NCBI GenBank assembly: GCA_017937415.1 | Contig: JAGBDQ010000240.1 | Coordinates: 1 to 37,185, forward strand | Reading direction: 5' to 3' | Length of the DNA: 37,185 nucleotides | From: Oscillospiraceae bacterium | Lineage (GTDB): Bacteria; Bacillota; Clostridia; Oscillospirales; Oscillospiraceae | Shown: positions 28,648 through 36,156 of the stretch, one piece after another | Position numbering within the stretch: position 1 is the stretch's first letter | Layout of the letters: every line of letters starts with the position of its first letter | The notes under the pieces: generated by a model | The model's input: only the letters and a program-made list of their open reading frames with translations | Told to the model about the DNA's origin: nothing | The model's database searches: none | Position numbers and translations under genes: made by a program

Positions 28648-29121
28648 GAGCTTTCTCAAAATTTTTTTATAATTTTTTCCTTGAACATCAAGGGTTTGCG
28701 GGCTTTTTTCGGTGTCTACAAACTTTTTTTCAAAAAGTCTCCGCTTTTTCACATTTTTCCACTTCGTTTTCCACATTTTATGTTTTGATTTTTGGAGGCG
28801 CTCAGTCCTTACTCCCCCAGCGAATTTTCTTCTTTTTCCAGGTTTTTGTCCGGTTTCATCTCAAAAATATTCTGTCAACCATTCTTCGGCCACTTTTGTC
28901 CCCGGAATACAAGATATGCAAAAAGGCGGCCTGCTATTTTTAATTCCTTCCATAATTTCCATTTTATTCCTCCCCCCGCTTTGACGGTTTTTTCCTTATC
29001 TGGAGTTTCTTCCCTCCCGCTCTCACATCCCGCTTATCTCCCCTTGCCTCTCCGATCCCTCCTGCCTTACAACCTCAAGCATTTTTTCTCCCCAAATTTT
29101 GTGAAAATTATAAAATTCCCC

Positions 29122-29150
29122 TTGACATTTCATTTTTCCAAGAGTATATT
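29122..29150 (+). promoter_or_regulatory. Putative sigma-A promoter of the cold-shock gene
   Basis: TTGACA (29122-29127), 17 nt, TATATT (29145-29150), with an AT-rich segment upstream. It implies a ~120-nt 5' UTR, typical of csp genes. Confidence 0.75.
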
Positions 29151-29277
29151 ATACCTGTATCTTAAAATGTAAAAATTGATTGTCACTATGTTGCCTGTCA
29201 GTTTCATTTTGACTTACAGACAATAGAGTGGCTTCTTTTTTTGCGGCGGGATAACACTAATGTAGGAGGTTTTTAAC

Positions 29278-29490
29278 ATGAATCACGGTACTGTCAAATG
29301 GTTCAACAACGAGAAGGGCTTCGGCTTCATCTCCAACGATGACGGCAGCGGCGACGTGTTCGTCCACTTCTCCGCCATCCAGGCCGAGGGCTTCCGTACT
29401 CTGGCCGAGGGCCAGAAGGTCACCTATGACACCGAGCCCGATCCCAAGGATCCCGGCAAGCTCCGCGCTGTCAACGTGATCGGCGAGTAA
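29278..29490 (+). CDS. cspA: Cold-shock protein (CspA family)
   Basis: GTVKWFN, RNP1 KGFGFI and RNP2 VFVHFS; 70 aa; RBS AGGAGG at 29264-29269. The paralog letter cannot be determined from sequence alone. Confidence 0.95.
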   Translation: MNHGTVKWFNNEKGFGFISNDDGSGDVFVHFSAIQAEGFRTLAEGQKVTYDTEPDPKDPGKLRAVNVIGE

Positions 29491-29504
29491 TTTCATACTT
29501 CGCG

Positions 29505-29543
29505 AAAAAGGAACGTCCCGCAGTTGCGGGACGTTCCTTTTTT
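29505..29543. terminator. Intrinsic terminator after csp (potentially bidirectional)
   Basis: AAAAA-GGAACGTCCCGCA-GT-TGCGGGACGTTCC-TTTTTT. Confidence 0.9.
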
Positions 29544-29591
29544 CTTCCGTTTTATTTTGTAGCCCCTTGTCCTCCAATGGTTTACAGAAAT

Positions 29592-29632
29592 AGACAGTAC
29601 CCCCGTCAAACCGTTTGGCGGGGGTACTGTCT
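29592..29632 (-). terminator. Hairpin, probable terminator of the ABC operon
   Basis: AGACAGTACCCCCGTCAAA-CCG-TTTGGCGGGGGTACTGTCT inverted repeat 15 nt beyond the permease stop codon. Confidence 0.75.
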
Positions 29633-29647
29633 TTCCTTTCAGAGTCC

Positions 29648-32600
29648 TTATTCCACCGTTTTCAGCGACTCCACCATGTCGATCTTCCGCAGTCTCCTCT
29701 TAGCCGCCAGGTTCACCAGCAGAGAGAATACCACGGTGAGCAGAGCCGAGAGAACATAGCTAAGAGGCTCGGCCTTCCGGTAGAACATAGCCATGTCGAT
29801 CTCCACCGTCATCACCAGCCACTGGTGAAGGAATTTCCCCATCACCAGCCCCAGCAAAATTCCGAAGATAGTCAGGAAGATATTTTCCCGATACACATAC
29901 TGGCTCATCTCATGGTCGTTAAACCCAAGGACCTTTAAGGTAGCCAGCTCTCGAAGCCGTTCGGTGATGTTGATGTTGGTCAGGTTGTAGAGCACCACAA
30001 AGGCCAGAGCGGCGGCGGCCACCACCACCACGATCACGGCGTAATCCACTCCTTCCAGGCCCCGAAGCACCGACTGCCGCAGGGAATCGGTCCGGGAGAC
30101 CGAGGACACCCCGGAGAGGGGCAGCAGAGCCGAGGCCACCCGGTCAGAATTCTCCACGGTATCTTCGGTGTACCGCACCATAATGCTGTTCACCCCAGGC
30201 TCCTCTCCAAAGAGGTCGTGGTAACCCTGATCCGTCATATAGATATAGTGGAAGATGTAATTTTCCGTGATCCCTACCACAGGGACTTCGGTCCTCACAT
30301 TGTCGCTGTCTACAACCGTAATCTCTTCTCCCACAGTCACTCCAAGAAGTTCAGACAGCTTCGCGGTGATCACCGCCCCCTCGTCGGACAGGGACATGCT
30401 CTCCCCGGTCTCCCAGTCCCGCAGGTGAATAAACTCGCTGAATTTTTCCTCGTCCACCGCCACGGAAAGATATACGTTGCTGTCCACGCTCCGGCGGCTG
30501 CTTTCGGCCGTGACCATCTCGTCCGAGATGGTCACCCAGCTCTCCACCAGCTCCTGCCGGTCCAATTCCCGGCCGATCTCCAGGATCTCGTCCTGGGTGG
30601 CTTTGTCCGCCAGGCTCACCGTTCCGTGGTAGGTGGTGATCTCATCGTACTGCTTGTCGAAGAAACCGTGGATAGAGTCCCGCAGGCCGAAGCCGGTGAT
30701 GAGCAGGGCGGTACATCCGCCAATGCCGATCACCGCCATCCAGAACCGCTTCTTGTAGCGGAACAGGTTGCGGACCGTCACCTTCCAGGTGAAAGAGAGC
30801 CGTTTCCAGATAAAATCCACGTGCTCCAGCAGCACCCGCTTGCCCGCAGGCGGGGCCTTGGGCCGCATCAAGGTGGCAGGCACCGCGGTCAGGGCTGCGT
30901 AGGAGGACCACAGAGCCGTCCCCGCCACGCAGAAGACCGCCGCCCCCACTGCCAGGGCGTAGATTCCCGGGAAGAGGGTGATCTCCAGATCCCCCACGGT
31001 GTACATGACCTTCCAGGCGTTGAAGATGATGGTGGGGATCAAAGTACAGCCTACCAAGAGGCCCACGATCCCGCCGCCGAAGGAGGCCAGGAAGCCGTAG
31101 CCCACATACTTTTTGGCGATGGCCCCCCGGCTGTAGCCCAGGGCTTTCAGCCCGCCGATCTGGACCCGCTGCTCCTCCACCATTCTGGTCATGGTGGTGA
31201 GGCACACCAGGGCAGCCACCAAGAAGAAGATCAGGGGGAATACCTGAGCCAGATTGCCCATTCTCTGGGCGTCCTGATCGTAGGACACATAGCCAGCGTT
31301 GGTATTCCGGCCCAGGATATACCACTTGCATTCCTCGATCTCGGCGATCTCCCGCCGGGCGTCGTTCAGCTCCCGCCGGGCGTCGGAGAGCTTTTCCTCC
31401 GCCTCGGCCTTGGCGTCCTCGTACTCCTGCACGCCGTCTGCATACTCTTTTTCGCCGTCCTGGAGCTCGATGAGAGCGTCATCCAACTCCTTTTGGGCTT
31501 TAGCGGTCTCCCGGGGCAGCTTTCTTTTGGCGTCCTCCAGCTCGGCCAGCCCGTCCTGATACTCCGCCCAGCCGTCGTCCAGCTTCTGCCGGGCGTCCGT
31601 CAGTTCCGCCTCGCCGTCGGCCAATTCCTGGGCCGCGTCCTTCAATTTCTGCTCCGCGTCCAAAAGCTCAGCCTCGGCGTCTCTCAGCTCGGCCCAGCCG
31701 TCGTCCAGCTCCTTCCGGCCGTCGGCAAGCTGTGCCCAGCCGTCCTCCAGCTCCGCCTTTCCGTCCTCCAGCTCGGTCTTGGCGTCGGCCAGCTTTTGCT
31801 CGGCCTCTTCCAGCTCGGCCACGCCGTCCTCATATTCCTGTTTGCCCTCGTTGTATTGCCGTTCGCCATCCGCCAGCTGAGAAGCCGCATCATCCAGCCG
31901 GGCAGCCGCGGCGTCCAACTGGACCTTACTGGCGTCCAGCTGTGCCTTGCCAGCATCCAGCTGGACTTTGGCGTCCCGCAGTTGAGCTTCGGTCTGATTG
32001 CAGGTGGCGTCCAAAGTCCCATAGCCGCCGGCCAGCAAGGCTCCCATTCCGCTGTCGGGATTTCCCGCCGCAGCTTGGAAGGCCGCCACAGATGTGGCAT
32101 CTGTAGGATCTGTAGGCAGTTTTCCAAGTTGGTCCACCAAGGCTGCCACTTGGGCATACTCCGGAGTTCCCGGTGTCAGCTGACCCATCACTCCAGTCAA
32201 AGTATAGGTGAGGGTAGCCACGCCCTGCATCGCCCCGGTAGTGTACGGGTGACCGGCGTCCTGATTAGCGGACTCCGCGGCCACCCCAGCCAAGGTGGTC
32301 CCAACATTACCTGCCGAGAACATTCCCAGCCCCTCCCGGGCCCTCATAAGCCCGGCCAGCTGGGTCATACCCGCCTCATAGAGCGCCAGCTTTTCATTGT
32401 AGACAGCCACTCCGGCTTCATACTGCTCCAGTCCTTCCTCATACTGGGCCAGGCCCTGGCTTAGCTGCCGGCGGCCGGCGCGCAGCTCGGCCTGGGCGTC
32501 GTCCAGCTGCTTCTTGGCGTCCTCCAGCTTCTTTTTGCCGTCCTCGTACTCTTTCAGGCCGTCCTCATAATCCAGAACGCCCTGATCGTAGTCAGCCTGG

Positions 32601-33790
32601 GCGTCCTCCAACTTCTTCCTGTTCTCCTCGTACTCGGCCTCTCCGTCCTGGAGCTCCTTCAGGCCGTCGTTGTACTTATCCTGGCCCTCCTGATAGTCCA
32701 AAAGGCCCTGTTCATAGTCGGCCTTGCCCTGCTGGTAATCGGCCAGGCCCTCCTCATAGTCGGCCTCTCCGTCCTGGAGCTCGGTGAGGGCGTCCGCCAG
32801 TTCCTTTTCGCCGTCGGCAATGTCCCGCTCGGCCTGGGCGGTCTCCCGGGCCAGGGTAGCCTTCCCGTCCTCATATTCCTTCCAGCCGTCGTCCAGCTTC
32901 TTCCGGGCGTCGGAGAGCTCCTCCTCCGCGTCAGTCAGCTTCTCATTGGCCTCGGCCTCGGCGTCGTCATACTCCTTCTGGGCGTCGTTGAGGGTGTCAG
33001 TGGCCTCCCCCACCACCTCGTCATACCGGTGGGCGGCCCGCTGGTCCCCCAGGGGCTCCAGCTCGTCCAGAAGGCTGTCCATCAGGTCCTCATAGTCCTC
33101 CCCGTAGCACATGAGCTCCCGGGCGCCGTCTGCCAACAGATAAGCCTCGGTGTAGATGTCCATGTCAAAGGCCCCCCGGGGCAGGAAGGCCACGGCGGTG
33201 AGCCGTCCGGTGCCGATGGTGGAGGTCCCCCGGTCCCGGGACATATATAAGGAGGTAGTCACCGTGCCCACCACGGTGTAGTCCGAGCCAAAGAGGCTGT
33301 CCTCATAGTCGGTGCCCGCCGTATCCAGGTGGATGGTATCGCCAAGGGAGATCCCGGCGGCGGTGAGCAGGTCGGGCTCCACCACGCACTCCCGGTCGTT
33401 TTCGGGCAGGCGGCCCTCCACCAGCTCAGGAAGATTGATCCCCTGCTCGCTGAGGGAGTGGAACCGGACGATCAGGTCACTGGCGTCTCCGGTATGGAGG
33501 GTGGCGTCCACATACCAGCCCCCCTCGGCCCGCTCCACCCCCGGCGCGTTGGCCAGGGCCTCGATGTCGTCGTCGGTAAGCCCCAGGGTGGACAGGACCC
33601 GGACGTCCATGAGCCCGGTACGGTCAAAGTAGTCGTCGGCGGTATATTGCATATCCGGAGCGGTGGTGCGCAGCCCGGACAAAAAGGCCACCGCCAGAGC
33701 GGACAGCAAAAACAGAGATAAAAACCGGCTCATGGTGTTCTTGATCTCACGCATGGCGTCGGTATTCATACGGTTGGGTGTGCGTTTCAA
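29648..33790 (-). CDS. FtsX/MacB-family ABC transporter permease with a long extracytoplasmic coiled-coil insertion
   Basis: 1380 aa. N-terminal TM helix, two FtsX-like TM blocks (TMTRMVEEQRVQIGGLKALGYS; NINITERLRELATLKVLGF), C-terminus KIDMVESLKTVE, ~560 aa of heptad repeats. TTG start about 10 nt after AGGAGA. Confidence 0.9.
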   Translation of the reverse strand: MKRTPNRMNTDAMREIKNTMSRFLSLFLLSALAVAFLSGLRTTAPDMQYTADDYFDRTGLMDVRVLSTLGLTDDDIEALANAPGVERAEGGWYVDATLHTGDASDLIVRFHSLSEQGINLPELVEGRLPENDRECVVEPDLLTAAGISLGDTIHLDTAGTDYEDSLFGSDYTVVGTVTTSLYMSRDRGTSTIGTGRLTAVAFLPRGAFDMDIYTEAYLLADGARELMCYGEDYEDLMDSLLDELEPLGDQRAAHRYDEVVGEATDTLNDAQKEYDDAEAEANEKLTDAEEELSDARKKLDDGWKEYEDGKATLARETAQAERDIADGEKELADALTELQDGEADYEEGLADYQQGKADYEQGLLDYQEGQDKYNDGLKELQDGEAEYEENRKKLEDAQADYDQGVLDYEDGLKEYEDGKKKLEDAKKQLDDAQAELRAGRRQLSQGLAQYEEGLEQYEAGVAVYNEKLALYEAGMTQLAGLMRAREGLGMFSAGNVGTTLAGVAAESANQDAGHPYTTGAMQGVATLTYTLTGVMGQLTPGTPEYAQVAALVDQLGKLPTDPTDATSVAAFQAAAGNPDSGMGALLAGGYGTLDATCNQTEAQLRDAKVQLDAGKAQLDASKVQLDAAAARLDDAASQLADGERQYNEGKQEYEDGVAELEEAEQKLADAKTELEDGKAELEDGWAQLADGRKELDDGWAELRDAEAELLDAEQKLKDAAQELADGEAELTDARQKLDDGWAEYQDGLAELEDAKRKLPRETAKAQKELDDALIELQDGEKEYADGVQEYEDAKAEAEEKLSDARRELNDARREIAEIEECKWYILGRNTNAGYVSYDQDAQRMGNLAQVFPLIFFLVAALVCLTTMTRMVEEQRVQIGGLKALGYSRGAIAKKYVGYGFLASFGGGIVGLLVGCTLIPTIIFNAWKVMYTVGDLEITLFPGIYALAVGAAVFCVAGTALWSSYAALTAVPATLMRPKAPPAGKRVLLEHVDFIWKRLSFTWKVTVRNLFRYKKRFWMAVIGIGGCTALLITGFGLRDSIHGFFDKQYDEITTYHGTVSLADKATQDEILEIGRELDRQELVESWVTISDEMVTAESSRRSVDSNVYLSVAVDEEKFSEFIHLRDWETGESMSLSDEGAVITAKLSELLGVTVGEEITVVDSDNVRTEVPVVGITENYIFHYIYMTDQGYHDLFGEEPGVNSIMVRYTEDTVENSDRVASALLPLSGVSSVSRTDSLRQSVLRGLEGVDYAVIVVVVAAAALAFVVLYNLTNINITERLRELATLKVLGFNDHEMSQYVYRENIFLTIFGILLGLVMGKFLHQWLVMTVEIDMAMFYRKAEPLSYVLSALLTVVFSLLVNLAAKRRLRKIDMVESLKTVE

Positions 33791-33837
33791 GCCGGGATCA
33801 TCTCCTTTCTTTGATATAGGAAAATGAAAAAATCCAA

Positions 33838-33853
33838 TGTTTCACGTGAAACA
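33838..33853. promoter_or_regulatory. parS: parS centromere site (ParB/Spo0J binding)
   Basis: Perfect palindrome TGTTTCACGTGAAACA matching the TGTTNCACGTGAAACA consensus; it extends to 20 bp (33836-33855) and is intergenic. Confidence 0.9.
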
Positions 33854-33866
33854 TTCGTTCTATTTA

Positions 33867-34568
33867 TTACCACTCTATCTCCTCCACCGGGGTGGGATGC
33901 TCGTTGCGTTCCATGGCCGCCACCTTGCCGCTCTTGATGTGGATGACCCGGTCAGCCATGGGGGTGAGTGCGGTGTTGTGGGTGATGACCACCACGGTCA
34001 TGCCCTCTTTCCGGCAGGTATCCTGAAGGAGCTTCAAAACCTCCTTGCCCGTCACATAGTCCAGGGCGCCTGTAGGCTCGTCGCAGAGGAGGAGCTTGGG
34101 GTTCTTGGCCAAGGCCCGGGCGATGGCCACCCGCTGCTGCTCGCCGCCCGAGAGCTGAGCCGGGAAGTTGCCCAACCGCTCCCCCAGTCCCACGTGCCGC
34201 AGGACTTCCTCGGCGGGCAGGGGATCCTTGCAGATCTGGGCGGCCAGCTCCACGTTCTCTAAGGCGGTCAGATTCTGGACCAGGTTATAGAACTGGAACA
34301 CAAAGCCGATGTCATAGCGGCGGTAGAGGGTGAGCTGCTTCTGGTCATAGCCGTCGATGCGCTGCCCGTCCACTAAGATGGTGCCCTCATCGCAGGAGTC
34401 CATGCCTCCCAGGATATTAAGAACGGTGGTCTTACCGGCGCCCGAGGGACCCACGATGACACAGAACTCCCCTTTTTCGATCTCAAAGGAGATGTCGCTC
34501 ACCGCGTTGATGACCACCTCTCCCATCTGATAGCGTTTCACCACGTGCTCCAAAGATATGTAGGCCAT
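33867..34568 (-). CDS. ABC transporter ATP-binding protein (LolD/MacB-like)
   Basis: Walker [10 protein letters not shown]-loop FQFYNL, signature LSGGEQQ, Walker [10 protein letters not shown]-loop ITHN; RBS GGAGG. Confidence 0.95.
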   Translation of the reverse strand: MAYISLEHVVKRYQMGEVVINAVSDISFEIEKGEFCVIVGPSGAGKTTVLNILGGMDSCDEGTILVDGQRIDGYDQKQLTLYRRYDIGFVFQFYNLVQNLTALENVELAAQICKDPLPAEEVLRHVGLGERLGNFPAQLSGGEQQRVAIARALAKNPKLLLCDEPTGALDYVTGKEVLKLLQDTCRKEGMTVVVITHNTALTPMADRVIHIKSGKVAAMERNEHPTPVEEIEW

Positions 34569-34612
34569 AGGAGTTCCTCCCTGTGTTGATAATGTGGTTT
34601 AACGGACAAGTG

Positions 34613-34661
34613 TTGATTATTTTGGATAGTTTTATTATAATAGATTTTGGAGCAAATGCAA
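34613..34661. promoter_or_regulatory. Overlapping divergent sigma-A promoters (tetR on +, ABC operon on -)
   Basis: + strand: TTGATT(34613-34618)-17-TATAAT(34636-34641). - strand: TTGCAT(34661-34656)-16-TATAAT(34639-34634). Confidence 0.65.
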
Positions 34662-34752
34662 TCGTCAAAAAAGGCTTCCCCGTCTGAAAACCGACAGTTT
34701 TTTCTATCTGTGTTCAATATCTTTGTGAAGTTTTTGTAAAGGAGGTCCTCCC

Positions 34753-35331
34753 ATGGAATCGCCCGCCACCGACCGCCGGGTCCGCCGGACCAAAGCCCAG
34801 CTTCGCTCCGCTCTGAACCAGCTTCTGCTGGAAAAATCCCCCGAGGAGATCACAGTCACCGAGCTCACCCAACTGGCCGATGTGAATCGGGGCACCTTCT
34901 ACTGCCATTATAAAGATGTGGCGGACATGGTGGAACAGACCGAGAAGGAGATCTTCGCTGAATTTGCCCGGCTGATGGACGCATACTCCGCCAAAGAGCT
35001 GCGCCAGGGCCTTGGCCCCATTCTGGAAGATGTGTTCTTCTTTATCCAGCGGAATGTGGGCCCGGTGCCCATCCACGCCCTGCGGCAGGAGCCCGCCTTT
35101 TTGGAGCGGTTCAAAGCCCTGCTTCGGGAGAAGGTGAGCCGGGAATGGAACGGGCTCTACTCCTTCACTGACACTGAGCAGCGGGAGTTTTACCTGTCCT
35201 TCCTGGTAGGCGGCGTGGTGGGGCTGATCCAGCTCTGGATGGAGAGCGGCCAGAAGGAATCCCCCCAGGAGATGGCCGCCCTGGCTGAGTCCATGATCCT
35301 CCACGGCATCCAGCCCCTGGAGAAATTTTGA
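34753..35331 (+). CDS. TetR/AcrR family transcriptional regulator
   Basis: N-terminal DRRVRRTK...ITVTELTQLADVNRGTFYCHYKD helix-turn-helix; 192 aa; RBS AAAGGAGG; divergent from the ABC operon. Confidence 0.95.
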   Translation: MESPATDRRVRRTKAQLRSALNQLLLEKSPEEITVTELTQLADVNRGTFYCHYKDVADMVEQTEKEIFAEFARLMDAYSAKELRQGLGPILEDVFFFIQRNVGPVPIHALRQEPAFLERFKALLREKVSREWNGLYSFTDTEQREFYLSFLVGGVVGLIQLWMESGQKESPQEMAALAESMILHGIQPLEKF

Positions 35332-35334
35332 GAG

Positions 35335-35366
35335 AAAGAAGGAGCACCCGGCGGGTGCTCCTTTTT
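35335..35366. terminator. Bidirectional intrinsic terminator between convergent genes
   Basis: AAGGAGCACCC-GGC-GGGTGCTCCTT flanked by an A-rich tract and a T tract. Confidence 0.85.
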
Positions 35367-35384
35367 CCTATATTGAGTCCACGT

Positions 35385-36143
35385 TCAGGGCTCCAGCCCT
35401 TGCGCTTTCAGGAATTCCAGGCTCTCCCGGGCACAGAGGAAGGGGTCCTTGTCCCACCGCTCCTGCTCCGCAAGGGCGTAAGGCACCCCGGTCCTTTGGC
35501 AGGCCGCCAGAATGGGGGGCCAGTCCACCACTCCCTGGCCGGTGGGGGTGAGGGTATCCTCCTTTTCCCCGGGGCGGTAGTCCTTACAGTGGACGATATT
35601 CACCCGGCCCTGGTACTTTTCCAGCACCTCCACCGGGTCCCGGCCCACTTTGGCGGCGTGGTAGACGCAGAAGGTCAGCCCCATTCGGGGCACCAGCTCC
35701 AGCAGCCGGTCCAAGGCGGGAACCCCCTCCACCGGGGCGTAGTCGGCCCCCACCGGGTGGAAGGAGAGGGTCATGCCCTCCTTCTCCAGCTTCTCCAGCA
35801 TGGCGGTCAGCTCGGCGGCGTAGCGCTCCAGGCCCGAAACGGTCATATCCTCCGGCGGGATGCCGCTGATGCACAGGTCGGTCCCGCCCCACAGGCGGTT
35901 CTCGGCCACCATCCGGCCCCAGTTCTCCCGGACGGCAGGGTATCTGTCCTGGACCCCCAGACAGACCATATCCCATTCCCGGAGGGCATGGGCCACCTCG
36001 GTATCGGGCACCGAAGGGTGGATCCACTGGAGCTGAAGGGCCCGAAAGCCCATGCCGTGGAGCCGCTTCAGGGCGGCATACACCTCCCCCGGTGTGGTGA
36101 GAAGGGGCTTCAGGCTGGAGATCTGATAGCCGATGGCGGTCAT
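35385..36143 (-). CDS. Sugar phosphate isomerase/epimerase family protein (xylose-isomerase-like TIM barrel), 252 aa
   Basis: Real start is ATG 36143 (MTAIGYQISSLK) after RBS AAGGGAG. Motifs LSFHP, DPVEVLEKYQGRVNIVHCKD, GQGVVDW and ALAEQE. The track's 36521 start overlaps purL and is an over-extension. Confidence 0.85.
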   Translation of the reverse strand: MTAIGYQISSLKPLLTTPGEVYAALKRLHGMGFRALQLQWIHPSVPDTEVAHALREWDMVCLGVQDRYPAVRENWGRMVAENRLWGGTDLCISGIPPEDMTVSGLERYAAELTAMLEKLEKEGMTLSFHPVGADYAPVEGVPALDRLLELVPRMGLTFCVYHAAKVGRDPVEVLEKYQGRVNIVHCKDYRPGEKEDTLTPTGQGVVDWPPILAACQRTGVPYALAEQERWDKDPFLCARESLEFLKAQGLEP

Positions 36144-36156
36144 AGACAACGCTCCC

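Noticed and set aside
28712-29172. 90-aa and 126-aa + ORFs in the intergenic region
   Set aside because: Phe/Ser/Leu/Pro-rich translations of pyrimidine-rich non-coding DNA; the longer one overlaps the csp promoter.
29257-29577. 106-aa minus ORF over csp
   Set aside because: Antisense shadow of the cold-shock gene that also runs through its terminator.
30218-32464. 748-aa + ORF and other ORFs overlapping the ABC permease, ATPase and tetR
   Set aside because: Antisense or off-frame shadows of clearly recognisable genes.
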